In this document: piece after piece, positions 37,981 to 47,854 of the stretch
How positions within the stretch are numbered: position 1 is the first letter of the stretch
Layout: each line of letters begins with the position of its first letter
Assembly: GCA_963705705.1 (NCBI GenBank)
Contig: CAVPKK010000004.1
Coordinates: 32,741-96,740 of the forward strand
Direction: 5' to 3'
DNA from: an uncultured bacterium
GTDB taxonomy: Bacteria > Babelota > Babeliae > Babelales > JABCYS01
Length of the DNA: 64,000 nt
Position numbers and translations under genes: made by a program
Notes under the pieces: generated by a model
What the model was told of the DNA's origin: nothing
What the model saw: only the letters and a program-made list of their open reading frames with translations
Database searches by the model: none

Positions 37981-38176
37981 GTATGGTGCATCGAAATCAG
38001 ACTTATCGATGATTCGGCATCGCCTGCCATGAGACAACCTGAAATCTTTATACAATAATGCTTGATTCTGTCATTGGGTATTTGCGCGGTTACCCATATG
38101 TTGCTACCATCGATATAATCATCTAGTAACTCCACTGAATAAACCTACCTCAGCATCTTGTTTAAAGGATTAACAT

Positions 38177-38644
38177 ATGGCCAATAAGCACCAAAACGAA
38201 AAAAATATTCCTCTCAATCAAATACAAGAAGTGCCAACCGAAGAGCTACAAATTGACGCTGAGTATGCGGCATTTGAGGAAGCGCTTAAAGAGGAAGCTC
38301 GCCGAATAGCTCGTGAAAATCCTGAAATGTCCATGGATGAGGATACACTCGATTCAGTAACGAATGCCGTCATGTTAGAAATCATGCTCACAGAAAATCC
38401 AGAATTAACAGTGGCAGACATTCCGGAATTACACTATTTAGCAACTGAATGGATTAACGATCCGCTGGAGGAACTTGGAGGGCTTACGCCACTTGAGGCA
38501 GTAAAAAATGATGAGTATCGTGATACGGTAGATATGCTATTGGTCGAAATGGACAATAGCCCAAGCGAGAAAGTCCAAAAGCTAATGGATCCCATCGTAG
38601 CAGATCTACGCACTCAGCTTGGCTTACTTAATACAGAAGAGTAA
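38177..38644 (+). CDS. Acidic hypothetical protein
   Basis: 155-aa Glu/Asp-rich ORF. No recognisable domain. Confidence 0.4.
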   Translation: MANKHQNEKNIPLNQIQEVPTEELQIDAEYAAFEEALKEEARRIARENPEMSMDEDTLDSVTNAVMLEIMLTENPELTVADIPELHYLATEWINDPLEELGGLTPLEAVKNDEYRDTVDMLLVEMDNSPSEKVQKLMDPIVADLRTQLGLLNTEE

Positions 38645-38708
38645 CCAACCCGAGGCAGAGTAGTAAGAGACATGATTTGTTGCAGAAAGTACAGAGTAAC
38701 AAAATTGT

Positions 38709-39263
38709 ATGAATATTATCACCATTGACCAACATCTAACCCTCGAGCCTCTAACAATGCATTATGCGCCTGCTATCTTTAATCTGGTTGAAAAAAATCG
38801 CTCATATCTGAGAGCATGGCTTCCCTGGCTGGATCATTCAAAAACTGTCCAGGACACCGAATTCTTCATTCGACAAGATTTGGAACAGCGTGCAAAGAAC
38901 CAATCAATGACATTCGTTGTTTGCCTTGATAGAAACCCATTAGGCATGGTTGGGTTTAAAGATATCAGCATGGAAAATCGTCGTGCCAAAATTGGCTATT
39001 GGCTTACTGAAGATTCTCAGGGCAAAGGCATCATGACCGTAGCCGTACGAGCCTTACTGAATTATGGCTTCGAAGACCTTAAGCTCAATAAAATTGAGAT
39101 CGAGGCCGCCGTTGGCAACAACAAAAGTAATGCTATTCCCGAACGTCTTGGCTTCTTAAAAGAAGGTGTAATCCGAGATGGCGAATGGCTCTATGATCAT
39201 TTTGTTGATTTAGCTGTATACGGCATGCGGGCGGCAGAATGGGAACGCACAACTAAGAATTAA
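38709..39263 (+). CDS. GNAT family N-acetyltransferase (RimL-like)
   Basis: LEPL..H..L.....N, QGKGIMT and a GNAT pattern. Confidence 0.7.
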   Translation: MNIITIDQHLTLEPLTMHYAPAIFNLVEKNRSYLRAWLPWLDHSKTVQDTEFFIRQDLEQRAKNQSMTFVVCLDRNPLGMVGFKDISMENRRAKIGYWLTEDSQGKGIMTVAVRALLNYGFEDLKLNKIEIEAAVGNNKSNAIPERLGFLKEGVIRDGEWLYDHFVDLAVYGMRAAEWERTTKN

Positions 39264-39524
39264 GTGGAGACCAGCTTTCTACAATTCTTTTAACTGCCCA
39301 CTGGATGCCCTTGAACAAGGTAAAGCAGCGCGTGGCACATCGCCAAAGGGCCATGCACGTAGCCACTATCCCACGGTATATGGCAATAATAAATATGATC
39401 TACGGGTAAACTCAGATCGCAGTACCGCACAAGAAATAGCGCAACAGTTACAAGCTTTGGTTAAATGAAATTAAGATTTTGTTAAAATGGATGCCTAATA
39501 TATCAACTAAGGGAGACCCTAATA

Positions 39525-40496
39525 ATGTTTAAGTTTATCATTGCACTATCTGCACTCACCCTACTCACCACCATACAAGCTTCGCAGCTATCAAGCTCAA
39601 TAAGCTCATCTCGAGGCATTGGTTATAAAGCATATGTAGATCAACAGGCCATTCGGCCAGGCCAAGTGCGCATAGCAAAAGCAGGCGTTAAACAAAAAAT
39701 TGAGGAGGCCGTTGAAAAAGGGTATGTGCGAAGCAACGATCAAAGTTTTAGTGATATCCAGTTCGATAATGGATCAAGTATAATCCCGGAATCTAATGCC
39801 CTGCCTGTCGTACTCGTTAACATTGATGGTAAAGATTGGATGATATTACTAGACGGTCACCATGATTTTTTGGCCAACAAAGCAGTCGGTGGCAAAACGG
39901 TACCTATTGAAATTAAGGATAGAATACGCAACGAACATGATGTCTGGAGTTTTTTGAAAACAAAAGGCTATGTTTATACCCAATCTCTTGATGGCAAGGA
40001 TGCCAAACAATTACCAGCATCATTCGATCAGTTAGAAGATGATCCATATCGCTACTTTGTGAAGTTAGCTATGTGGGAGGCCAAAACTCCACAGACACCA
40101 TTTGAGCAGTCCAAGCCAGGAACTAAAGGTTTAACCAATCCACTGGCCGTCAAATGGAAAGATAAAAAATTTAATGGCTGGCATGTTGAATACGAAAAAT
40201 CAAAATATGCGACCATTAATCTGCCTTTTGTAGAATTTGCCGTTGCTGATTTGTTATATAAATACGCCAAGCAATTTGGTTTCGATTACAAAGCAGGCGA
40301 CGAAAAAGATCTTAAGACCTTCCAAGAAATGGTAGAAAAAGCACGTGCCATTATTGTACGACATGGTCATGAAGATTATAGGATCTGCAGTTTTAATGTG
40401 ATACAAAGTCGGCAGATTGCGGAAACTTTAATAAAAGAAAAAACAATCTGCAGCTATGTTGCGCCGTACATTTCCGCCGAAATTTCTAAGTCTTAA
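39525..40496 (+). CDS. Secreted hypothetical protein
   Basis: Signal peptide MFKFIIALSALTLLTTIQA. GGGAG RBS. No confident domain. Confidence 0.45.
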   Translation: MFKFIIALSALTLLTTIQASQLSSSISSSRGIGYKAYVDQQAIRPGQVRIAKAGVKQKIEEAVEKGYVRSNDQSFSDIQFDNGSSIIPESNALPVVLVNIDGKDWMILLDGHHDFLANKAVGGKTVPIEIKDRIRNEHDVWSFLKTKGYVYTQSLDGKDAKQLPASFDQLEDDPYRYFVKLAMWEAKTPQTPFEQSKPGTKGLTNPLAVKWKDKKFNGWHVEYEKSKYATINLPFVEFAVADLLYKYAKQFGFDYKAGDEKDLKTFQEMVEKARAIIVRHGHEDYRICSFNVIQSRQIAETLIKEKTICSYVAPYISAEISKS

Positions 40497-40524
40497 TGCC
40501 ACGATACTGTGTGTATAAAATAGG

Positions 40525-41052
40525 TTAATCTGCCTTACAGGCATCACCATGATGGCAACATTTGTCGCCACAGGTTTCGCATTCTTCTTCTTTTTGGCCT
40601 CTGGTCCAAATATGCTCATCTGGCATCTCATGGAAAAGTTCCAAATATTTTTCTGCGAAATCATCGTAGGCAATCTTTGCCTGCTCAGGATCTAATTTTT
40701 TATTTACATGATCACGTGGATCGTGATGAATGAATCGGCCGGCAAAATGCTCGCAAAAACTTTGATACTCTTGGGTAAAGAGCAAAAATGTGTGCCAAAA
40801 ATCATCTACTTCCTTACTAAACATGGGGAATTTACTTGCGGGATAAAGAGCACACAAGGTTAGATATCGCCTTAATTCTTGTTCATGCTTTTTTGCCGTT
40901 TGGCATGGTACATTATAATCCTTTTTATAACGCTCAATTACACGATCCATTGAAAAGCCTTGAACAGCTTTTACAACAGCCATGGGTTGTCGGTGAGCAG
41001 CCGCATGCATTGATGTAATCACCAGAAAAGATGCAAGAATTGATTTCTTCAT
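40525..41052 (-). CDS. Secreted hypothetical protein with a Cys/His-rich C-terminus
   Basis: Signal peptide. C-terminal CETCGDKCCHHGDACKAD. Confidence 0.45.
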   Translation of the reverse strand: MKKSILASFLVITSMHAAAHRQPMAVVKAVQGFSMDRVIERYKKDYNVPCQTAKKHEQELRRYLTLCALYPASKFPMFSKEVDDFWHTFLLFTQEYQSFCEHFAGRFIHHDPRDHVNKKLDPEQAKIAYDDFAEKYLELFHEMPDEHIWTRGQKEEECETCGDKCCHHGDACKAD

Positions 41053-41211
41053 ACCTAAACCCTTCGATTCGAATATTTAATTAAATTAAACAGACTAAAT
41101 CAATCTATAAGAAGGTATTGCCTTGTCAATGCGCCTGGAATCTCACCCCTGCATCAAGCATCTAAAACAAACCCCTCGATTTTAACCATGGAACCATTGC
41201 TAAAATCTTTT

Positions 41212-42270
41212 TCAATAAGCTTGGTGGTGTACTGGTTTTGGTGCTGGATTATGCTGTGGTTTTGGCGGCGGATTATGTGCTGGTGCATGTGATTTTGGAG
41301 GTGCTGGACTATGTGTTTGATGGTGTACTTCCGGTGCACGTACGGCAGACGCCTTTGGAGGTGCGCCGGCCAGTGGGGCCGCGTGATGTACTTCTGCTGC
41401 ATGTGCGACAGGTGGCTTTGGTTGTGCGCCTGTTTTCAGAACCGTCCCGCCAGTTTTACCAGGAACTGATACAGCAGGTGCTCCAGTTTTGCCCGAACTT
41501 GTTGCAGTTGGCTTTGTCGTTGCTGTGACCGCCTTCTGAGCTTCCCCAGCCTTAACAACTGATGGTGCTGCTGCTTCCTTCTTTCCAGCTTTACTAGCTG
41601 GCGATGCAGCTACTTTCGAATGCGCAAGTGATGCCTCATATGCCTTTCTTCCAGTTGTATTAGGTTTTAATGCTTGTGGTGCTTTTTTCGATATTTGTTC
41701 AGCCGCAGCCATCGCTTGCTTGGCATTTGGTATCTGTTTTTCTAGAGTTGCCAAGTTCTTTGCATAGGACTCGGTATTTTTTTTCTCATGCACAGCCATT
41801 TCCTCTAATGCCTTTTTTTGAGCCGGATTTTTTGCTGCCTTAGCTGCTTGCTCTAGTTGTGATGCATATAGTTTATGGTTGTTATATTCATTTCTTGCAA
41901 GTAGTGCGTCATAAGGCTTTAACTCTGCAGGAGTAGGTTGCCTCCCAAATTTAACTGGTAATGCTGCTATCTCTGCCTTAGTCGGTTGCCTACCTAATTT
42001 AGTCGCAAGTGCTTTTATCTCTGCTTTAGTCGGGGGCCTAGGTAATGTTGCTGATAATGCAGCTTCCGCGTTTATCTTAGCTGTATACTCGGCCACGGAA
42101 TTATCATAATGCAACTCATGCATCTGATCTGGAGTCATAGCTAGAAGCTCAGCAATTGAAACTGATTTTGGTACTATTGCTCCCTGTGCCGGAGGTGGAT
42201 TTGGTTGTGTGCGGCTAGCTTCAAGTGCCAGGCCAAATACCGTTGCAAATATTATCAGTAGATTTTTCAT
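41212..42270 (-). CDS. Secreted Lys/Ala/Pro-rich repeat protein with a His/Pro-rich C-terminus
   Basis: Signal peptide. Repeated GRQPTKAEIAAL units. C-terminal HxxPxP tract. Confidence 0.5.
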   Translation of the reverse strand: MKNLLIIFATVFGLALEASRTQPNPPPAQGAIVPKSVSIAELLAMTPDQMHELHYDNSVAEYTAKINAEAALSATLPRPPTKAEIKALATKLGRQPTKAEIAALPVKFGRQPTPAELKPYDALLARNEYNNHKLYASQLEQAAKAAKNPAQKKALEEMAVHEKKNTESYAKNLATLEKQIPNAKQAMAAAEQISKKAPQALKPNTTGRKAYEASLAHSKVAASPASKAGKKEAAAPSVVKAGEAQKAVTATTKPTATSSGKTGAPAVSVPGKTGGTVLKTGAQPKPPVAHAAEVHHAAPLAGAPPKASAVRAPEVHHQTHSPAPPKSHAPAHNPPPKPQHNPAPKPVHHQAY

Positions 42271-42638
42271 AAGCTGTCCTTGACCAAAGGGTTCCCATAG
42301 TATCTATCATTACTAACGTACTTGATGCAACTTAAAAATTTCAACAGTTGGCCTAAAGCTAACCATAAACCCCGAGGACAAGGGCTACACTATTGGTTGC
42401 GAAAAGTTGATCGTCCTCTGCCGTATGTTTAATGTTAATTACCAACCATGCTCTGAATAATGATTATTCTGCTGAATTTGTTGTATGGCATGCAAATGAG
42501 CCGAAATTATATTTTGAGGAAGATCAGATAGCGGAAACCAGTGCAGACATTATAGGTCGCCTGTCGCTTTGACAGGTGGCTGATGACCTATAAACTGATT
42601 TATAGTACCAAATATGTCTCTGAATATCCGCTTAGTTA

Positions 42639-43304
42639 ATGATTCAACGAACAATGACACAACGATATAAATTTTATCGAGCGCACAAATACGTCAGCAC
42701 TGCATTAAATGACGTAGAACGCAAATTGGCACAAACAGATTTTAGTTCTATGGATGAAACAACAAAGGTTTGCCAAGAGCTAAACAATCTGCTCACGATG
42801 CTGCAACATCATGCAGAGTATGAAGACAAGATGTTGCATCCACTATTGGCTCAAAAAGGTTCTAAGGTACTCGTTGCCGTTGAAGCCGATCATGAAAAAC
42901 TTGAGCTAGAAATAGAAAATCTCCAAAAGCTCTGCCATGCAATAACGCATGAGTCTGATGCACATGAACGGTTAGCCAAAGGCTACACACTCTATCTGAC
43001 CTACAGAAAATTTGTGGGCGATAACCTCGTACATTTGCATGAAGAAGAAACGGTTATTTTACCTGAGCTGCAGCGCTTATATTCCGATGAAGAACTCAAA
43101 GCAGTAGGCGCAAGAAGCTATTCATTCATGACCCCAGATGACATAGTTGGTATGGTCCAAGAACTATTCCCGCATATGAGCCCTGAAGATCACCAAGCGT
43201 TCTTATCAGAGATTAAAGAAGCAGAACCGGCCAAATTTGCTCTAATTTGGGAGAGAATTAAGTCACTGGCCAGGCCAATGAGTCACGATATGAAACAACA
43301 ATAA
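42639..43304 (+). CDS. Hemerythrin-like (HHE cation-binding) domain protein
   Basis: Spaced H/E pattern (HHAEYEDK..H..., HLHEEE) typical of hemerythrin-like four-helix bundles. Confidence 0.5.
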   Translation: MIQRTMTQRYKFYRAHKYVSTALNDVERKLAQTDFSSMDETTKVCQELNNLLTMLQHHAEYEDKMLHPLLAQKGSKVLVAVEADHEKLELEIENLQKLCHAITHESDAHERLAKGYTLYLTYRKFVGDNLVHLHEEETVILPELQRLYSDEELKAVGARSYSFMTPDDIVGMVQELFPHMSPEDHQAFLSEIKEAEPAKFALIWERIKSLARPMSHDMKQQ

Positions 43305-43313
43305 GGAAAAATC

Positions 43314-43799
43314 ATGGAACAAAACAAATCATTAAGTAAAAGTGCACAAAGCGTCCAAGACATTTTGTGCCATAAAGGATTACCGCTCACGGTTATTGAA
43401 CTAGCTGCGAGTACGCGAACCGCACAAGACGCAGCACAGGCCATCGGCTGCAATGTTGCCCAGATTGTAAAGTCTCTTATCTTTCGCACCAAAGAAACTC
43501 ACCGGCCAATTCTGGTTCTAGCCAGCGGGCCTAATCGTGTAGATGAGAAAATCATTGAACAACAGGTTGGTGAAAAAATAACCAAGGCTGATGCAGATTT
43601 TACGCGAGAGGTTACGGGCTTTGCCATAGGTGGTATACCGCCTATTGGCCATAAGCAGCATATTGACACCTACATCGATGAAGATCTTTTAAAATACGAT
43701 GAAGTATGGGCAGCAGCCGGAACACCGAATGCAGTATTTAGTTTGCCGTCAAAAGAATTAGCCGCATTAACAGGCGGGAAGATTATTAAAATCAATTAG
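43314..43799 (+). CDS. YbaK/EbsC-type aminoacyl-tRNA deacylase (prolyl-tRNA editing domain)
   Basis: KSLIF, GFAIGGIPPIGH and a YbaK fold pattern. Confidence 0.75.
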   Translation: MEQNKSLSKSAQSVQDILCHKGLPLTVIELAASTRTAQDAAQAIGCNVAQIVKSLIFRTKETHRPILVLASGPNRVDEKIIEQQVGEKITKADADFTREVTGFAIGGIPPIGHKQHIDTYIDEDLLKYDEVWAAAGTPNAVFSLPSKELAALTGGKIIKIN

Positions 43800-43801
43800 G
43801 A

Positions 43802-44893
43802 ATGAAGCGAATGCAACTCATAAAACGCCTCTCGCCAGCAATTCCAATATTGCTGTCTTTAACAGTCACAACTTCAGGTAGTCACTCAGCCGCTCGTATC
43901 CTTTTACCCCAAACTCACCCTGAAAGGGAACCCGAGTTTCGGGGACCCCAGTCCGATCGCCCTGAGTATTTTGCGCAGCAAAATGTATCGAAGGGTCGAC
44001 AGGCACAGGACGAGCGGACATCTCTATCACGCGAACATAAAGCAACGGATGCCATCCAATTAAAACAACAATCAGCTAATGAAAAAGCTGCCGTTTTTGA
44101 TATTGGTGGCGTTCTTGTAGAAGTTAATAATAACCAGCAGATTCTTAGTAAGATTGGTTGGTGGAATATCCTAAATTACACCCTTCATTTTAATAACCCG
44201 TTTAAGCTTCGTGATCATCTACTCAAAATTGCATTCGATATCCTGTACAAAATGCGTGGCGAAAAACCTGATCCTGCGTCATTCCCTCCCGGGCATCCAA
44301 TGGCCGCGGGCTTTCCAATGCCCAGCATTATGGTTGATTGGCAGCTCGGGAAAATAAGTTCAGCTGCGGTTTTAGCAGAGGCGAAAACTTTCATCAAACG
44401 GTTGGCAAAACAAGGTTACTTTAAAAATTCACTCGACGAAGAAATGACACACATTTATTTTGGGTGCATTTTTGATGCGAGCCAACGAGTTCCATTCACC
44501 GAGCCAATTAAAGAAGGCTGGGATTTAGTAAAGAAATACAAAGATGATGGCTATAGGATTTACCTGCTCTCCAACATGGACCCTGATACCATGCCACTCA
44601 CCAAGGCCAAGCTTCCAAAGCTTTTTGCGATGGTTGATGGCATCGTCTACTCGAGTGCAGAACATATCATGAAACCGCAGCCAGAATTCTTTAAGATATT
44701 ATTGGATAGGTACCATCTACAACCTGAGCAATGTATCTTCTTTGATGATCAGAAGGAGAATATTGCTGCGGCACAAAAATTGGGCTTTGAAACCTTCCTA
44801 TGCTCACGTGAAAGTATGAAGACTTTGCTTACGCAGCTTGAAGAAAAGCCAGATCAAGCATCGACCGTTGTCGTTGCTGCAACTTATGTATAA
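43802..44893 (+). CDS. HAD-superfamily hydrolase with a signal peptide and a low-complexity N-terminal insert
   Basis: HAD motif I AAVFDIGGVL and motifs III/IV FFDDQKENI. N-terminal signal-like MKRMQLIKRLSPAIPILLSL. The stretch EYFAQQNVSKGR is encoded by a dispersed palindromic repeat. Confidence 0.6.
   Translation: MKRMQLIKRLSPAIPILLSLTVTTSGSHSAARILLPQTHPEREPEFRGPQSDRPEYFAQQNVSKGRQAQDERTSLSREHKATDAIQLKQQSANEKAAVFDIGGVLVEVNNNQQILSKIGWWNILNYTLHFNNPFKLRDHLLKIAFDILYKMRGEKPDPASFPPGHPMAAGFPMPSIMVDWQLGKISSAAVLAEAKTFIKRLAKQGYFKNSLDEEMTHIYFGCIFDASQRVPFTEPIKEGWDLVKKYKDDGYRIYLLSNMDPDTMPLTKAKLPKLFAMVDGIVYSSAEHIMKPQPEFFKILLDRYHLQPEQCIFFDDQKENIAAAQKLGFETFLCSRESMKTLLTQLEEKPDQASTVVVAATYV
43930..43996. repeat. 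Palindromic repeat module (TTTTGCGCAGCAAAA-TGTATCGAAGG) lying in-frame inside the HAD hydrolase CDS
   Basis: Matches 49041-49082 (GTTTTGCGCAGCAAAACGTATCAAGG) and resembles the ATCGAAGG-containing core repeats. Confidence 0.45.
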
Positions 44894-44969
44894 TTATTCG
44901 TTTCGGGCATTGAGGAGAGGTGCAATAATTCTATTGCGCTTAAGCACTTGAGCCGGTCCTGAGGCCGGC

Positions 44970-45467
44970 CTAATCAAAATCACCAAAATCAACCATCAAA
45001 TTTTTATTGCCGACAAGCTCAATAAATTTAGAAATGTCTTTTGTGGCTATGACGGTTGTGGCTGTGTTTACCAATGGATGGAAGCCGGCTTGTTCATGTT
45101 TGAAGAGATTGCTATCCAATATAACAGTGACCTTGCGCTGCACATCATTAATGAGCGCGAAGAGCGTAACCGAACCTGGTTCAACGCCGAGGGTTTCCCG
45201 CAATAGTTCAGGACTGGCAAAACGAAGTTCGGGCGCATGTAGATATTTGGATAATTTCTTCAGGGCTATGGCCGTGTCATATACGGCAACCACCAAATAA
45301 AGATTGCCCTTGCTATCCTTCAAAAATAGGTTCTTAACCCAGGCTCCTGGGATTGGAATTGCGGATGCCACCTTAACTGCTTGCTCGGCAGTAAATAATG
45401 GCTCATGCTGGTAGGTGGTATAAGGAATTGATAGCTCATCTAATTTCTTGAATACGTTTGCTGACAT
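44970..45467 (-). CDS. ProX/YbaK-like prolyl-tRNA editing (deacylase) domain protein
   Basis: VKNLFLKD...LYLV and GVEPGSVTLFAL motifs of the ProX/PrdX family. Confidence 0.7.
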   Translation of the reverse strand: MSANVFKKLDELSIPYTTYQHEPLFTAEQAVKVASAIPIPGAWVKNLFLKDSKGNLYLVVAVYDTAIALKKLSKYLHAPELRFASPELLRETLGVEPGSVTLFALINDVQRKVTVILDSNLFKHEQAGFHPLVNTATTVIATKDISKFIELVGNKNLMVDFGDFD

Positions 45468-45569
45468 GTGAATCCTTGGAATTTTTAGCGGTCAAAATAA
45501 TATCACATTAACCAGCTCTTGACTTTCACGTTGCGTCATACTTTATAGTTACCTACAGGAGACAAAACT

Positions 45570-46301
45570 ATGCAGTGGAAACCAAATGAATTTAGCAAGC
45601 TTACCAAGGTATCGGTGCGCACACTCCATCATTATGATGATATCAGCTTGCTCAAACCTTCAGCTCGGTTAGCCAACGGCTATAGGTTGTACTCCGAAAC
45701 TGATTTGCAAAAGCTGGAACGAATAGTTGCTCTTAAATTTTTCGGCTTCGGCTTAAAGCAGATCAAGGTATTGGTTAACAACGATCAAGATGTTGTCAGC
45801 TCGCTCAAAGATCAGCAACGGTGTTTGGACGGGCAGATTGAACAGCTTAATCAGGCGAGAGAAGCCATCAACCAGATTCTGGCCACTTCAAAGGCCAGTC
45901 GAGAAGTTGAATGGCAAAGTATCGCTAAACTTATTGAGGTATTTCGTATGACGAAGAAACTACAAGAAAGCTGGGCTGGCAAGGTATACACCCAAGAACA
46001 GCTACAAAAATTCGCCGAATTCGGGCAGGAATTCCCCGAGAAAGAGCGAATTGGTATAGAAAACCGCTGGAAAGCTTTGTATGCAGAAGTTGAAAAGCAT
46101 TTGCATGAAGACCCAGCCGGGCCTGCTGGCAAAAAGCTAGCCAAAGTGTATAACGAACTCATGCAAGAGATGAAGAAGGCATGGGCACCGCAACCTGAAC
46201 TTTGGAAGGCTATCGGCAAGGCATATGATAAAGGCAAAATGCCTGAAGAGGCGTTCCCAAAGAAAATTCGGGAATGGCTCGAGAAGGCAGCCAAGGCATA
46301 A
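45570..46301 (+). CDS. MerR family transcriptional regulator with a TipAS-like C-terminal domain
   Basis: MerR HTH VSVRTLHHYDDISLLKP..R..NGYRLY and a coiled-coil dimerisation helix. C-terminal TipAS-like region. Confidence 0.8.
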   Translation: MQWKPNEFSKLTKVSVRTLHHYDDISLLKPSARLANGYRLYSETDLQKLERIVALKFFGFGLKQIKVLVNNDQDVVSSLKDQQRCLDGQIEQLNQAREAINQILATSKASREVEWQSIAKLIEVFRMTKKLQESWAGKVYTQEQLQKFAEFGQEFPEKERIGIENRWKALYAEVEKHLHEDPAGPAGKKLAKVYNELMQEMKKAWAPQPELWKAIGKAYDKGKMPEEAFPKKIREWLEKAAKA

Positions 46302-46309
46302 TAACCGCA

Positions 46310-46344
46310 GCACTCTTGTCCATTTGGATGAGAGTGCTTTTTTC
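46310..46344 (+). terminator. Rho-independent terminator after the MerR gene
   Basis: GCACTCT...AGAGTGC stem followed by TTTTTT. Confidence 0.7.
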
Positions 46345-46355
46345 TTCGTAAAAAT

Positions 46356-46922
46356 ATGAATGAAACCAATTCAAAGCTCCTCGAATGCTGGGGATGTAAA
46401 ACAAAATTCCCGCCGACCGATGTTTCCATGCTCGGACCAAATGATGCCTTTCTTAGGTATGGTGTTGCATCACCCGAATGTGCAAAGATCTTCTTTGAGC
46501 TATTGGCCTTTGGGATGGAACAATTTGGCCAGTCGACACACCAACTTATTGTTGATGCATATGCGGTACAACATCCAAGACATGCTGACATTCAAAAAAA
46601 ACTTGGCATTTCGCCACGATTTATTGCCGCTTCTATTCAATCACCCGTTGTGCATTTACTTGGCCTTTATGCAGCGATCAATAATATTCCTTCTTCAGAT
46701 GTGATCGGTAAAAAGGTGCTTGATCATATTCTTTCTAAGGGCGCAGAATTTGAAGAACTCATGCCACCAGATAATCTTGGTAAGATGATGGCACCGGATT
46801 TGTTGAAAGCAAAGAATTTGGATGAATATACCACTTTGACCTGGCAATGGGCGCGTGAGGCATGGAGTGCATGGTCACCGCATCATGCCTCAATAAAGGT
46901 ATGGTATGAAAAGTATAAGTAA
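46356..46922 (+). CDS. Hypothetical protein (DUF-type)
   Basis: 188-aa ORF with good coding periodicity. No confident domain. Confidence 0.45.
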   Translation: MNETNSKLLECWGCKTKFPPTDVSMLGPNDAFLRYGVASPECAKIFFELLAFGMEQFGQSTHQLIVDAYAVQHPRHADIQKKLGISPRFIAASIQSPVVHLLGLYAAINNIPSSDVIGKKVLDHILSKGAEFEELMPPDNLGKMMAPDLLKAKNLDEYTTLTWQWAREAWSAWSPHHASIKVWYEKYK

Positions 46923-47808
46923 GATTGCGCTTATCATTTTTTCTATTTTAGGATTCATTTTGGTCAAAAAATTGCTCATACCCAATAAATACGGACGTAT
47001 CATTTTACTCAACGGCACCTCTTCAGCTGGTAAATCGGCAATTCTTGAAGAGCTTAATAAGATAGATTCATCTTTTTACATTCTCAAAGTAGATGATTGG
47101 TGGCCGCCGGTAATGAAGGCTAAGGCAAAAGAATTAGGGTGGGACGAAAATTCTCAAATGGATCCATGGATGTATCTGTATCATTATATGGCCAAAAAGA
47201 CGGGCATATGGTATTTCGCAACCGAGATGCGTGAAATTTTATTTCGCGATTCAGCAAGCTTTTACCAGCTAGCTTGTGATGTTGCGCTACGAGGCCAGGA
47301 TGTGATCATCGATACTGTATTGGAATACGAGCGCGAGTATAAAGAATTTGATACTTTCTTTGCTAACAAAGATATGGTTGTTAAAAAAATACTGGTTTAC
47401 TGCCCGCTCGACATATTGCTCCATCGCGTAGAGCAACGAAATGCATCTGGCAATCCTGAAGAACAGCGCACTGTTTTCCAGTCATTTGAGCAATTCCCGG
47501 CTATATTTAAGGTACAAGAACATGCTGATGAACAAGTCGTTGATACCGTGCAGAGCTCAGTAATTAAACAGACGCTTGATGAGGCAATTGCTCAGTTAAA
47601 GAAACACGGTATCCCAGATCCTTCCCTGCCTCGGCTGGAAGAGTTTAGGGAAAAGTTCATCGCGCGATTTAAGCTCGACGAACAAAAAGAGATAAAATTG
47701 GTACCAATACATTCCTATCAGCTTATATTAAATAGTAGGACAGAGACGCCGGCAAAAATGGCTCAAGATATTGTGCGGTATATCGCTTCGCTAATTACTC
47801 AAAAATAG
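46906..47808 (+). CDS. Chloramphenicol-phosphotransferase-like P-loop kinase with a C-terminal extension
   Basis: IILLNGTSSAGKSAI matches the CPT family Walker A (iilNGgsSsGKS). Confidence 0.55.
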   Translation: MKSISKIALIIFSILGFILVKKLLIPNKYGRIILLNGTSSAGKSAILEELNKIDSSFYILKVDDWWPPVMKAKAKELGWDENSQMDPWMYLYHYMAKKTGIWYFATEMREILFRDSASFYQLACDVALRGQDVIIDTVLEYEREYKEFDTFFANKDMVVKKILVYCPLDILLHRVEQRNASGNPEEQRTVFQSFEQFPAIFKVQEHADEQVVDTVQSSVIKQTLDEAIAQLKKHGIPDPSLPRLEEFREKFIARFKLDEQKEIKLVPIHSYQLILNSRTETPAKMAQDIVRYIASLITQK

Positions 47809-47817
47809 ATAAAGAAA

Positions 47818-47850
47818 GGGCCACTCGTTATGAGTGGCCCTGTTGTTTTC
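47818..47850. terminator. Terminator hairpin between convergent genes
   Basis: GGGCCACTCGTTATGAGTGGCCC followed by TGTTGTTTT. Confidence 0.7.
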
Positions 47851-47854
47851 GCCT

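Noticed and set aside
45851-46591. 246-aa minus-strand ORF overlapping the MerR regulator and the next gene
   Set aside because: Cys/Ser-rich low-complexity translation that spans two well-supported plus-strand genes and their terminator.
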